DNA from: a bacterium
GTDB taxonomy: Bacteria > UBA8248
DNA: 64,000 nucleotides
Direction of reading: 5' to 3'
Assembly: GCA_965261085.1 (NCBI GenBank)
Contig: OZ253442.1
Location: 1,184,001-1,248,000 of the forward strand
Part shown: positions 9,055 through 19,341 of the stretch, one piece after another
Numbering within the stretch: the first letter of the stretch is position 1
Layout: each line of letters opens with the position of its first letter
Notes under the pieces: model-generated
Databases searched by the model: none
Seen by the model: only the letters and a program-made list of their open reading frames with translations
Told to the model about the DNA's origin: nothing
Made by a program: the position numbers and the translations under genes

Positions 9055-10083
9055 ATGAAGAATTGGGCGATCAGGTACCTTGGCATCGTGATTTGTACGG
9101 CAGCGATAGGAACAGCTCCTGCTATTGGTTCGGAGTATCCTCCCGAACTCGTTTCCGCCGCGAAGAAGGAAGGCAAGCTCGTTATCTACTGCTCTCACCG
9201 GCGCAAGATCATGATCCCGGCGAGCAAGGAGTTTGAAAGATTGTTCGGCATCAAGGTGGATCACACGCGGAAGTCGAGCAAGGGTGTCATCCGGATAGTC
9301 GAAGCCGAGCGCATGGCGGGACGGCAAAGGGTCGATATCATTTGCATCGGCGACAGGACGGCGCTGATCCGGTGGGGGAAAGAGAAGGAAGTGATCCCTT
9401 ATCAACCGAAAAACAAAAGCATGATGGACCCCATCTTGCGACCGAGGGAAAACTTCATCAACGACAAGTATGTTCTTAATATGGCCATCACCTACAACAC
9501 CAAGAAGGTGGCCAAGTCGGAAGTGCCGAAAACTTGGAAAGACCTTTTGGACCCCAAATGGAAGGACCGGATCGTCATGGCAGCTCCTTCAACGGGATCG
9601 GGGCTCGCCACTTTCGGCGTCTTATTAAAGAAATACGGTTGGAATTACTACAAAAAACTCGCGAGGAACCGTCCTCTGATCGTTATGCAGAGTAAGGCCG
9701 GCGAGGTTACGATCATTCGGGGAGAGCGGGATATCGGACCTGGCGTCGTCAGCGTAGCGAATAAGCTCAGGAGGAAGGGGGAACCCATCGGGATAGCATT
9801 AATGGAAGATGTCACGCCGATGTTTCTTGGCGGCTCCGTAATCTGGAAACACGGCGGCCACCCCAACGCGGCAAAGCTGTGGATGGAATTCGAGCTCAGC
9901 AAATTCTATCAGAATCTCATAGTCCAACAAAGTTATTTTGGGGTTCGCAAAGATATGCCATTGCCCAAAGGGGCGCCGTCCCTCAGCGGGTTGAATCGGG
10001 AAACGCCGGATTATAAATGGCTGCTGGCAAACAAGACGAAACTGCTGAAAAAGTTTGATAAAATCATGGGGAAACACAAATGA
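9055..10083 (+). CDS. ABC transporter substrate-binding protein (Fe3+/thiamine/AfuA-like family)
   Basis: Signal peptide, AAKKEGKLVIY, YNTKKV, PKTWKDLLDPKWK, HPNAAKLW. Confidence 0.88.
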   Translation: MKNWAIRYLGIVICTAAIGTAPAIGSEYPPELVSAAKKEGKLVIYCSHRRKIMIPASKEFERLFGIKVDHTRKSSKGVIRIVEAERMAGRQRVDIICIGDRTALIRWGKEKEVIPYQPKNKSMMDPILRPRENFINDKYVLNMAITYNTKKVAKSEVPKTWKDLLDPKWKDRIVMAAPSTGSGLATFGVLLKKYGWNYYKKLARNRPLIVMQSKAGEVTIIRGERDIGPGVVSVANKLRRKGEPIGIALMEDVTPMFLGGSVIWKHGGHPNAAKLWMEFELSKFYQNLIVQQSYFGVRKDMPLPKGAPSLSGLNRETPDYKWLLANKTKLLKKFDKIMGKHK

Positions 10084-10142
10084 GTAAAATGAATAACAGT
10101 AGATCCATCTGATATGTCGAACCACTTTGAGGAGGGTTTCAA

Positions 10143-11435
10143 TTGACGCATGAAACTCGCGAGCAGAGGATCCGCCGTATCAAGGAGAAGTTAAGCCGGG
10201 ACCGCGGCCGGCCCAACGATGGCGTTCTCTTCGGGGTGGAGGTGGACCCCGATTATTTCGAGGCGTTCTCCCAGGTGGGCTGGGGCTTCTTCAATCGGGA
10301 TAAGCCCCGCCATGTGCCCGAAAAGATGCGGGCGATTCTCGCCGCGATCGTCACATGCTCGGTCCTCTGGAAGAAGGATCCAACGGAACCTGGCGCTACA
10401 CTCCACTGCGAGAGGGCGCTGGAGCATGGCGCCACCATGGAGGAGATTTTGGAGGCGTTCGAGGTTGCCGGCTTCGCGGGGGGACACCCGCTTCTCCTGA
10501 TGGGCCTGAGAGTTCTCAAGGAAATCGCCGGCAAAAAGGGCGGACTGAAAGAGCCCGGGAACGGGTTAGAGAGTCCGCGCGCTGGAGCCTCCTCGGAGAC
10601 TCGCGAGGAAAGGGTCCGCCGCATTACCGAGAAGATGGATCGGGACCGGGGCTATACCGACGAGGCCCTAGGCTTTGGCGCCCGACTGGACCCGGATTAC
10701 TTCGAACCGTACTCCGAGATAGGCTGGGGCTTCTTCAATCCGGATAGACCTCGCCACCTGCCCCAGAAGAATCGGGAAATCATCGCCGCCGTCGTCGTGG
10801 CTCTCAGGGGGAGCGAGGAGGACGCCTACCACCACTGCAAAAGGGCGCTCCAGCATGGCTCCACCATGGAGGAAGTCCTGGAGGCGTTCGAGGTGAGTGG
10901 CCTCCCCGGGGGAACTCCGCACCTACTGAGGGGCCTGAGGATCCTCAAACGGATTGCCGACGAAGGGGGAGGACTGAAAGATCCAATTGGTGGGCCTGGG
11001 GGCCCTCGCGGAAAAAGAATCCGCCGTATCACCGAGAAGATGAGCCGGGACCAAGGCCGGATCGACGAGGCCCTAGGCTTTGGCGCCCGACTGGACCCGG
11101 ATTACTTCGAACCGTACTCCGAGATAGGCTGGGGCTTCTTCAATCCGGACAAGCCCGGCCGCTTCTTGCCCCACAAGACGCGCGAAACAATTGCCGCGGC
11201 CCTGATGGCCTTCAGGACGGACGAGGAGGGCGTCGCCATCCACTGCAAGAGGGCGCTGGAGTACGGCGCCACCATCGAAGAAATGATAGAGGTGTTCGAA
11301 GTGTGTCTCGTCCCCGCGGGAGCCGGGGCCCAATTATTTGGGCTGAGGGCCCTTAAGCGCATCGTTGAGAGGGCGGGTGCGTCATGTGATGGAGGTTCTT
11401 GGATGAGTGAGCTGAAAGAGGAGGTTCTTGAATGA
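10143..11435 (+). CDS. Triple carboxymuconolactone-decarboxylase (CMD/AhpD-like) domain protein
   Basis: Three repeats of LDPDYFE.YS.IGWGFFN...RE.IAAA....HC.RAL..G.T.EE.LEAFEV. Confidence 0.8.
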   Translation: MTHETREQRIRRIKEKLSRDRGRPNDGVLFGVEVDPDYFEAFSQVGWGFFNRDKPRHVPEKMRAILAAIVTCSVLWKKDPTEPGATLHCERALEHGATMEEILEAFEVAGFAGGHPLLLMGLRVLKEIAGKKGGLKEPGNGLESPRAGASSETREERVRRITEKMDRDRGYTDEALGFGARLDPDYFEPYSEIGWGFFNPDRPRHLPQKNREIIAAVVVALRGSEEDAYHHCKRALQHGSTMEEVLEAFEVSGLPGGTPHLLRGLRILKRIADEGGGLKDPIGGPGGPRGKRIRRITEKMSRDQGRIDEALGFGARLDPDYFEPYSEIGWGFFNPDKPGRFLPHKTRETIAAALMAFRTDEEGVAIHCKRALEYGATIEEMIEVFEVCLVPAGAGAQLFGLRALKRIVERAGASCDGGSWMSELKEEVLE

Positions 11436-12082
11436 GCGAGCTGAAAGAGCCCATCGTGGTGGTGAAGTATTCCGATTTCACCTGACCCTACTGCTATGTG
11501 GCCACCGTCGGTGGAATCCCGATTCTGGAGCAGGATCCGGACGTGGAGGTCGAGTGGGTGAGCTGGGAGGGAAGGCCGCCCGGCGCCCCGTTCAAGTCCT
11601 TCACGCCGGAGGAGCGGCAGGAAGTCTACCAGAAGGTGCACAAGCCCCTAGCGGACAAGTACGGAGTGGATATCATCGTCGTCTCAAAGAACAGCTACCG
11701 CACCACGAACGCCCACATGACCTCCTTCTACGCCCGGGACATGGGCAAGTTCGTGGGGTTCCGGGACCGGGTGTACCAGGCCCTCTGGGTGGACAACCTC
11801 GACCTGGAGAGCCCCGACGTGCTCGCCCGGCTCGGGGAGGATGTGGGCCTCGACGGGGATGAGATCCGGAAGGTGATCGAGGAGAAGCGCTACTTCGGCG
11901 CGCTCCAGAGCCAGCGCGCCCAGGGAAAGAGTCTCGGGATCTTCGGCATCCCCTGCTTCGTGGTGGAGGGCAAGATCTTCTGGGGAAAAGACGTGATCGA
12001 CGATCTAAAAGAGGAGGTCGCGCGGCTGAAAAAAGAGAAGCTCGCCGAGCAGGTAAAAGAGGAATGGGGCTGTCCTAGCTAA
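11432..12082 (+). CDS. DsbA/FrnE-like thioredoxin-fold selenoprotein (UxxC)
   Basis: ATG 11432 overlaps upstream stop; MSELKEPIVVVKYSDFT-UGA(11483)-PYCYV continues in frame; GIFGIPCF cis-Pro loop; hairpin CCACC-GTC-GGTGG 11502-11514. Confidence 0.85.
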
Positions 12083-12786
12083 GCGGCTTGTTTAGTCTAG
12101 GATGGCGTGATGTACGAGAGGAAAAGCCGGCTCAGTGATTGGAAGCGCGGTCGTCTGATTGAGCACTTCGTTGCCGGTACGACGGCTCGGGCGGCAGCCG
12201 AACTGGTTGGCGTCCACCGGAACACGGCGGTCTCATTTTATACTCGGCTTCGCAAGGTGATTGCCGAGGCAATGGAGAAGGCCTCGCCTTTTGCCGGAGA
12301 GATCGAGGTTGATGAGAGTTATTTTGGCGGCCGCCGCAAAGGCAAGCGGGGTCGAGGCGCTGGCGGAAAAGTCCCGGTTTTCGGGCTTTTGAAGCGAGGT
12401 GGGAAAGTCTACACGGCGATGATCCCCAATGCCCGGACTGCCACGTTGATGCCGATTATGGAGCGTATGATCCGGCCTGACAGCATCGTCTATACGGACG
12501 GTTTTTCGAGCTATGATGCCCTGGACGTTTCGGACTTCCACCATGTTCGGATCAATCACTCGGAGCGGTTCGTCGATGAGCGGAGCCATATCAACGGGAC
12601 CGAGAACTTCTGGAACCAGGCGAAGCGGCATTTACGGCGCTTCAATGGCGTCCCGAAACAGAGCTTTCACCTGTTCCTGAAGGAGTGCGAATGGCGGTTC
12701 AACGGAGGTGATCACCGAGAACTGCTTAACCAATTGAAGACATGGATCATTTTGAGACAGAAACGTACTTAGCTAGGACAGCCCCA
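12065..12786 (+). mobile_element. IS1595-family (IS1016-like) insertion sequence, 722 bp
   Basis: Perfect 19-bp TIR TGGGGCTGTCCTAGCTAAG / CTTAGCTAGGACAGCCCCA; flanking AGAGGAA target duplication. Confidence 0.93.
12107..12772 (+). CDS. IS1016-like DDE transposase
   Basis: EIEVDESYF, VYTDGFSSY, HINGTENFWNQAKR, LKECEWRFN. Confidence 0.93.
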   Translation: MMYERKSRLSDWKRGRLIEHFVAGTTARAAAELVGVHRNTAVSFYTRLRKVIAEAMEKASPFAGEIEVDESYFGGRRKGKRGRGAGGKVPVFGLLKRGGKVYTAMIPNARTATLMPIMERMIRPDSIVYTDGFSSYDALDVSDFHHVRINHSERFVDERSHINGTENFWNQAKRHLRRFNGVPKQSFHLFLKECEWRFNGGDHRELLNQLKTWIILRQKRT

Positions 12787-12875
12787 AGAGGAAAGCTAAG
12801 CGCAACTTCGTGCTTAAATGGACAGAGAGATCTATTCGTTAAAGCCGCGTCAGAGCAGACACAATGAGGGGAGAA

Positions 12876-13154
12876 ATGAGCTAGTACAAAAGCGAAATTC
12901 GAGGCGGCATGCGCATCGACTGGGACGTTCCGCTCGAAATTGACGATGACGTAGTTCTGCGTGCCGACGTCTTTCGGCCCGTCGAGGAGAGGAATATTCA
13001 CAAAGACAGAGGCTTCGTCTACGATGTTTTGGGTTTCGGCGCCCAGCTCGACTCCGACTCTTTCGAAGTCTACTCCCAGATGCACTACGGCTTTTTCAAA
13101 GAAGAACCTCGCAACCTCGATCCCAAGACCCGCGAGCTGATCGAGAATCAATAG
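12876..13154 (+). pseudogene. Chimeric remnant: CocE/NonD hydrolase N-terminus fused to a CMD-repeat fragment
   Basis: MS*YKSEIRGGMRIDWDVPLEIDDDVVLRADVFRP (premature TAG), then KDRGFVYDVLGFGAQLDSDSFEVYSQMHYGFF...LDPKTRELI homologous to the 10143-11435 repeats. Confidence 0.7.
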
Positions 13155-13171
13155 AAATTTAAGGAAATGGT

Positions 13172-14908
13172 ATGGCGGTAGCAACGTCAAGTCGCGGTTC
13201 TCTCTGGTTGGGCCTCGTGGGGGCAGTGCGCGGCTGGCGCCATGAAGCCCTTCGCTCGCTTATTTTTCTCGCCACCGCCATTATCCTCGGATTTTTTGTC
13301 CTCTACCCTCTTGGAATTTTGTTCAAGCGAAGCCTGTACGACTACGACGTACAAGTGTGGACCCTGAACAACTACAGGACCTTTTTCTCTGATCCGGAAC
13401 TTCTCGATGCTTTCTGGACCACGATCAAGCTTGCAATCGGGACATCCATATTTTCCCTCGTTGTAGCGCTTCCGATGGCGTGGGGAGTTTCCCGGACGGA
13501 CATGCCTTTCCGGGGATTCATCCGCTCCATGGTGGTGCTCACCTTCGCCACCCCGAGCTTCCTGGGGGCGATTGGATGGATTGTCCTGCTCGGTCCCCGG
13601 GCGGGCATATTGAACAAGGCATTCATGTGGATTTTCTCGACCGACACACCGCTGTTCAACATCTTCAGTTTCGCCGGGATGACCTTCGTAATGGGGTTGT
13701 TCGTCTATCCTTTCCTTTTCTTCTCGGTCGTCTCGGCGCTCGACAACATGGACCCGAGCTACGAGCAGGCCGCCCGGATCCTGGGTTCCAACAACTTCCG
13801 GGTGATGCGGACCGTGACCCTTCCCATTGTCACCCCGGCTATCCTGTCAGGGCTCATACTCGTAATTTTGGAGAGTTTTGTCGTTTTCGGAGCGCCGGCC
13901 ATTGTGGGAAACCCTGTCCATATCCAGACCCTATCGACCCAGGTCTATACCCTGTTTTCGAACGATCCGCCCCAATTCCACATGGCCGCGACGGCAGCGA
14001 CGCCGATTGTCATCGTGACCGCAATCTTGCTGGTCCTCCAGCGCTTTTATCTGGGGCGGAAGCAATACGTCACCATCACCGGCAAATCTCCTCAGCCCCA
14101 ATTGGTGGATATCGGCCGGTGGAAATATGCTCTCGGGGCATATTCGTACGGCATCGTCTTCGTGAGCATCATTCTCCCGATGCTGGCGCTTTTCGAGTCC
14201 TCCATCCTGCGCATCTGGGGCGCTCCGCTTTCATTTTCCAATCTCACTTTCGAGAACTACATCAACCTGTTCACCACCTCGGACGTCGTGGTGCGCGCGT
14301 TCACGAACAGTTTCAAGCTCGCTGTCGGCGCCGCCTTTGTCTGTATCGGGTTTACCTTTGTCATGGCGTGGATCGTCGAACGAACGAATGTGCCCGGAAA
14401 GGAGGGCCTCGCGCTGCTTTCGATGATCGGAATGGCGTTTCCCGGGGTCGCCCTCGGGGTGGCGCTCGTGCTCGCGTTCGCGGGCGGCCCGCTCCCGCTC
14501 TACGGCACCCTTTGGCTGTTCCTCATCGGCTACTTCGTCAAGGGAACGCCCATCGCCTTCATGTTCGCCCGGGCCTCCCTGAAGCAGATTCACGAGGAGC
14601 TTGAGCAGAGCTCGCGCATCCTCGGGGCGCACTGGGCCAAGACGATGAAGGACATCACCCTTCCTCTCATGAAGAAGGCGTTGCTCTCCGTCGGAACGAT
14701 CATTTTCTGCCTGAAATTCCGCGAAATGGCGACTTCCATCATGCTCTACACGGGCGGGCTCGAGGTGATCTCGATCCTCATCTTCGAATACATCGAAGAG
14801 GCGGAGATGGGAACCCTGGGCGCCCTGACGTTCCTCGTATTTTGCGTTAATCTGACTCTTATCGGGCTTTCCCGCAGAATCGTGGGAAAGGGCGCGTTCG
14901 AGATGTGA
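13172..14908 (+). CDS. ABC transporter permease (FbpB-type, two domains)
   Basis: Multiple TMs, two EAA loops (YEQAARILGS, LEQSSRILGA). Confidence 0.92.
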   Translation: MAVATSSRGSLWLGLVGAVRGWRHEALRSLIFLATAIILGFFVLYPLGILFKRSLYDYDVQVWTLNNYRTFFSDPELLDAFWTTIKLAIGTSIFSLVVALPMAWGVSRTDMPFRGFIRSMVVLTFATPSFLGAIGWIVLLGPRAGILNKAFMWIFSTDTPLFNIFSFAGMTFVMGLFVYPFLFFSVVSALDNMDPSYEQAARILGSNNFRVMRTVTLPIVTPAILSGLILVILESFVVFGAPAIVGNPVHIQTLSTQVYTLFSNDPPQFHMAATAATPIVIVTAILLVLQRFYLGRKQYVTITGKSPQPQLVDIGRWKYALGAYSYGIVFVSIILPMLALFESSILRIWGAPLSFSNLTFENYINLFTTSDVVVRAFTNSFKLAVGAAFVCIGFTFVMAWIVERTNVPGKEGLALLSMIGMAFPGVALGVALVLAFAGGPLPLYGTLWLFLIGYFVKGTPIAFMFARASLKQIHEELEQSSRILGAHWAKTMKDITLPLMKKALLSVGTIIFCLKFREMATSIMLYTGGLEVISILIFEYIEEAEMGTLGALTFLVFCVNLTLIGLSRRIVGKGAFEM

Positions 14909-14920
14909 GGCGGGAAACCG

Positions 14921-16006
14921 ATGCCGGATCTATCCATTAACGGCCTGACGAAGGCCTTCGGCGAGACCATCGCCGTCAATGACCTTTCGCTCGAATTCAA
15001 AGAGGGCGAATCGGTGGTGCTGCTCGGCCCGAGTGGGTGCGGAAAGACCACGCTCCTCAAGCTGATCGCGGGTTTCCTCCAGCCAGGCGCGGGCGAGATC
15101 GCCATTGGCGGCCGGGTCATCTCGACCCGCCACGAGATGCTTCCCCCGGACCACAGGAAAATGTCGATGGTGTTCCAGTCCTACGCCATCTGGCCGCACA
15201 AGTCGGTGTTCCAGAACGTGGCCTACGGGCTCGAAGTGCGGAAGATCAAAAAGGCCGAGATCGAAAGGAAAGTGATGAACGCCCTTTCCCTCGTCCAACT
15301 CGACGGCCTCGAGGGCCGCTACTCCACCGAGCTCTCGGGCGGACAGCAGCAGCGCGTGGCCCTGGCGCGAGCGATCGTGGTCGAACCCTCCCTTCTTCTG
15401 CTGGACGAGCCTCTCTCGAACCTCGACGCCAACCTCAGGGTTGAGATGCGCGGGGAGCTGGCCGACCTCCACGACCGGCTGGGCATCACGTTCATCTACG
15501 TCACCCACGATCAGGCCGAGGCGATGGTCCTGGGGGATCGGGTCGTTTTGATGAATCAGGGAGTCATGGTCCAGCAGGGCCCGCCCGAGGAGATCTACGA
15601 GACCCCAAAGACCCGTTTCGCGGCGAATTTCATGGGGACCTCGAACATTTTCACCGGGTCGGTGGCCAGCGGGGCCGGTGCCAACGGCGCGATCCGGGTG
15701 GACACGAAGTTCGGGCCGGTCGCCGTGGCGCTGGGCGCCAGGCAGGCCCCCCCCACGGGGGAGGAGGTGCACTTCTGCATCCGGTCCGAACTCGTTCAGA
15801 TTCATCCGGGCGCGCCTTCTCCCGAGTCCAACCGGTATACGGCACGGATCCTCAAGCGGCAGTACTACGGCAAGCACGTTCAGTACGTCATGGATCTCGC
15901 GGGCGAGGAGCTTCAGGTGGAGTCTTTATCGGACATGAACGTCTCGGCGGGATCGGAAGTGACTATCGAATTACCTCCGGAGCATTGTGTGTTCCTGGAG
16001 GAGTAA
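14921..16006 (+). CDS. ABC transporter ATP-binding protein (FbpC/PotA-type)
   Basis: [26 protein letters not shown]-like tail. Confidence 0.95.
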   Translation: MPDLSINGLTKAFGETIAVNDLSLEFKEGESVVLLGPSGCGKTTLLKLIAGFLQPGAGEIAIGGRVISTRHEMLPPDHRKMSMVFQSYAIWPHKSVFQNVAYGLEVRKIKKAEIERKVMNALSLVQLDGLEGRYSTELSGGQQQRVALARAIVVEPSLLLLDEPLSNLDANLRVEMRGELADLHDRLGITFIYVTHDQAEAMVLGDRVVLMNQGVMVQQGPPEEIYETPKTRFAANFMGTSNIFTGSVASGAGANGAIRVDTKFGPVAVALGARQAPPTGEEVHFCIRSELVQIHPGAPSPESNRYTARILKRQYYGKHVQYVMDLAGEELQVESLSDMNVSAGSEVTIELPPEHCVFLEE

Positions 16007-16458
16007 CCGGAAACCACTCGGTGCATCGGCACACATCACACAGGGGAGAACATCATGGGTAGAAAGCTGTTTGTCATCGTGGCGGCCGCGGCTTTTGCGG
16101 CGGCGGGGTTGCCGTGACTTGCCCTCAAGATACATGAGGCCAGAAAACCCACCAGCGTGATTGTGGCGGCTGTCTGCAATCGGTGGATAAGGTGACTCTA
16201 TCATCAGATGCAGCGGCAGGCCGCATGAGTGAGAGGGAGACACGGTCGCCTTCCCGCGCTTGCGACGGCGAAATCGAGCCCCCTTGGGCTTCAAAGCTCG
16301 GTCTAAGATAGGTCAGCCGTCGCCCTCTCAAAGCACCCAGATGGGCAAGACTCACAAGCCAACGCTCGGATAGAAGAATAGGACTCGCGGCTGCCTGGTT
16401 GAGAAAATACCTTAACGCGCAACGGGCTTTCATAGAAGGGGGGAACGTCAGGAAGAAT

Positions 16459-16575
16459 TCAGCGATACACTGCAATATGATAGGCAGCTATCAATATCGC
16501 CAGAAAGAGAACCGCAAACGGCAATAAGGGAAGGAGAAGAGTTCTCATTTTTCGGAAGAACGGCGGTGTTTTCAT
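16459..16575 (-). CDS. Small membrane protein (38 aa) coupled to the TauE gene
   Basis: ATGA overlap with TauE stop; MKTPPFFRKMRTLLLPLLPFAVLFLAILIAAYHIAVYR has a single TM. Confidence 0.5.
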   Translation of the reverse strand: MKTPPFFRKMRTLLLPLLPFAVLFLAILIAAYHIAVYR

Positions 16576-17729
16576 ATCTTGAAGGGAAGTCCAATCAAGT
16601 AGTTCAATAGATACACCAAGCCACCCAGGCCGCTCAGGATCCCCAGCATCAGCTTGAGGTAGTGTTCGGGCACGAATTTCTGCGTTTTGGATGCGCACCA
16701 TGCCCCCATTACAGCGGAGGAAGCGACCAGGAAGCCCCATCCCCACTCCGAATTTACATAACCGCCAGTGAGCAGGGGGAGAGTGACGTTGTAGGCGAAG
16801 AACCCGACGAGCGACTGCACCACGACGAACGGGATGGAGGCGGCCACGACCACAAACATCGGGAGCCGGTAAATCTTCACCAAGAGCGGGGTCATTAAGA
16901 ACCCTCCGCCCACGCCTATCGTAGAGGATACTAGGCCGACCCCTGTCCCCAGAAGCAGCAGCAGGGGCGGACACAAAGTATAGCTCTCATCCCAAAAGGA
17001 AATGGTGATTCTCCGCCACGAACGCTCCAGCGTATGAATCATCGCCTTCTCCGGGATGCCAGAGGGATTCTTACCTTCTCGGAGCATTTTCTTCACATGG
17101 GCGTCGAACTTCGCCTTGAATGTTGTGAGGTCGCGCCTCCGGGCCAGATACCGCGGCGTGACCTCGTACATCAGATGACCCCCCAAATAGAAAAGCCCTG
17201 CGCCGATCAATGCCTTGATGGGAGCCGGCTGAGACAGGAAGTACACCCGAATGAAGGGGCCAGCCTGCGACCCCACCAGCGTGCCGAGGCAAAGCCACAG
17301 AGCAATGTCCAGGTTCCAGCGCCTCTCTCGCCAGAAGCCCATGAGCGCGCCATAGGGATTGAGGAATGTAATGAGAAGGTGGGTGGGGGTTACGGCGAGC
17401 GTCTGAAAATTCAGCACAGACATCGAGTAAGGGAGCGCGAGAAGACCGCTGGCCTCACCCACCAGCGCCATGATGTAGCCGGTCCAGAAGCCCAGCCAGA
17501 GAAGATGCCACAATGGGACCGCCACTTCGGCGAGGGGATACGGTCGATCTCCTCCCGGCATGAAACCATGCTGCAAGTAGTTAGCGGCAATCCCGAGGAC
17601 AAACAGAGAAATCACGAAGGGAGCCTGATCCAGCAGAAACTCCCGCAGGATGGGATGTCGAGAAAGTAATTTCTTTGGAAGCATCTCGCCCTCTTCAATG
17701 GAAACAGATGTCTTTTCGGAGTCAACCAT
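16572..17729 (-). CDS. TauE/SafE family sulfite exporter-like permease
   Basis: Two repeats with GEASGLLALP / GVGGGFLMTP motifs, many TMs. Confidence 0.82.
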   Translation of the reverse strand: MVDSEKTSVSIEEGEMLPKKLLSRHPILREFLLDQAPFVISLFVLGIAANYLQHGFMPGGDRPYPLAEVAVPLWHLLWLGFWTGYIMALVGEASGLLALPYSMSVLNFQTLAVTPTHLLITFLNPYGALMGFWRERRWNLDIALWLCLGTLVGSQAGPFIRVYFLSQPAPIKALIGAGLFYLGGHLMYEVTPRYLARRRDLTTFKAKFDAHVKKMLREGKNPSGIPEKAMIHTLERSWRRITISFWDESYTLCPPLLLLLGTGVGLVSSTIGVGGGFLMTPLLVKIYRLPMFVVVAASIPFVVVQSLVGFFAYNVTLPLLTGGYVNSEWGWGFLVASSAVMGAWCASKTQKFVPEHYLKLMLGILSGLGGLVYLLNYLIGLPFKI

Positions 17730-18050
17730 ATGGCGTGCCCAATAAATCCCAGTCGGCGAAACCCCTATCGTCATGCCACAACATTTGAAGCAAGGGAGCA
17801 AGAACAATGGCATGGAGGAATTCTGGGACTGCAGACGCTCATGGTTCCGCCTCACTGCAAGACAAGGTCAGATTCGACGACTGAGCCATAATCAAATTCT
17901 TGTTCGTTTTTCATCTAGCGATGTCAAGTTCAACTGCCTAGGTTCGCCGTCCGCATCCCATTTCCCGAGCTTCAAACGGGGAAAATGCCCTCTTGACACC
18001 TGTCCGAGTTAATGAGAAAGTTCCGTAAATTAGCATAAGAGGTCCGGAAA

Positions 18051-18836
18051 ATGAAACTACTCGAAAAGTTGTTGTCCATCTTGGACCTTTTTACCTCCCA
18101 GCGGCCGGTCCTGACATTCCCGGAAGTGGTCAAGCTTTCGGGATTCCCCAAGAGCACCGCACTCCGACTTACGCGAACCTTGGAGGAGTCGGGTCTCATT
18201 CAGCGAACGAGCACCGGACGGGGTTGGGTCTTGGGCCTAAGGCTCATCGGAATGCTGAGAAGCCTGGTCCATCAGGACGTGGTGGCCAGCAGCTCCTATC
18301 ATATGCGCCATCTCCGTGATCGAACGCAAGAAACGGTGTGCCTATGGAGAAAGATGGGCAATGCGCGTGCGTGTGTCATGCAGTTCGAAAGCTCACACGA
18401 ATTGCGGATGGCCGCCGAGCTCGGCAAACTTGTTCCCCTCTATTGCGGAGGGGCGGGGAAAATTCTGCTGGCGCACTTGAGCCAGGAGGAGACCGACCAA
18501 TATTTCCGACAGGTCCTGCTCAAGCCCGTCGGCCCTTCGACAGTCGTGCGCGAAGAAGAACTGCGGCGCGAGCTTCCGCGCATCAAGGCCAAGGGGGTAT
18601 CCATTGGGGTTCAAGAGCGGACCGTGGGCGGCGTGGGCATCGCGGCGCCAATCTATACGGCGAACGGCTGTGTGGACTATTGCATCAGCCTCTACGTGCC
18701 TGATTTGAGATTTTCCCGTAAAGCGAAATCGAATCTCACACGGGAACTCCGAATAGCGGTATCTGATATCAGTAAGGATTTGGGATTTCGAATAGATTTG
18801 CTTTCGTCAAATCTGTCTTATGGGAGATTGGCATGA
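18051..18836 (+). CDS. IclR family transcriptional regulator
   Basis: HTH PKSTALRLTRTLEESG, PLYCGGAGKILLA, GIAAPI. Confidence 0.93.
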   Translation: MKLLEKLLSILDLFTSQRPVLTFPEVVKLSGFPKSTALRLTRTLEESGLIQRTSTGRGWVLGLRLIGMLRSLVHQDVVASSSYHMRHLRDRTQETVCLWRKMGNARACVMQFESSHELRMAAELGKLVPLYCGGAGKILLAHLSQEETDQYFRQVLLKPVGPSTVVREEELRRELPRIKAKGVSIGVQERTVGGVGIAAPIYTANGCVDYCISLYVPDLRFSRKAKSNLTRELRIAVSDISKDLGFRIDLLSSNLSYGRLA

Positions 18837-19300
18837 GAGAATTTGAAGGGAGAAAATTCATCGCTTTCGGCGAGCGAGACGGCGTCCAGGGGCGCCTGAT
18901 CGGCGAATGCCTGCGCGGCGGGGGACTAGAAGTGGTCCTCGAACTGACCCAGTGCTTCGTCTGAACCGCGGCGGGAGGCATGGACTTTGAAAACCAAGCC
19001 TCCATCAAGCGCCTCGTCGAGGCGCACGGCAAAGAGAACCTAATCGCAGTCCTGGGTGCCAAGGATCCGAGCACCATCGAAACAATGGGGGTTACCCTCA
19101 CCAAGGGTGACCCCAGCTACGCGGGACCGCTGGGAGGGGTGGAGCTCGATCTCCCCTTCTACCACATATTCGAGCCCGCCTTCGAAGCGATCATCCCGGA
19201 AGCGCTTTACCAGGAGAAATTGGAGTTCCCCAAGCTGTCGACTGACTTGGACTCTCTGTTCGGAGCCATCGAGAAGGTGCGCAGCTTGAGCGCCGGCTAG
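18833..19300 (+). CDS. grdA: Glycine/sarcosine/betaine reductase selenoprotein A
   Basis: ATG 18833 overlaps IclR stop; GERDGV...TQCFV-UGA(18962)-TAAGGMDFENQ...TLTKGDPSYAGPLGGV; hairpin GGAGGC...GCCTCC 18974-19003. Confidence 0.93.
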
Positions 19301-19341
19301 CGGGGCACATCGGCTCGGCAAAATATAATGGGAGGTTCCCG

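Noticed and set aside
12876-12884. In-frame TAG as pyrrolysine readthrough
   Set aside because: Lies in a chimeric truncated remnant; a simple nonsense mutation is more likely and no pyl genes are seen
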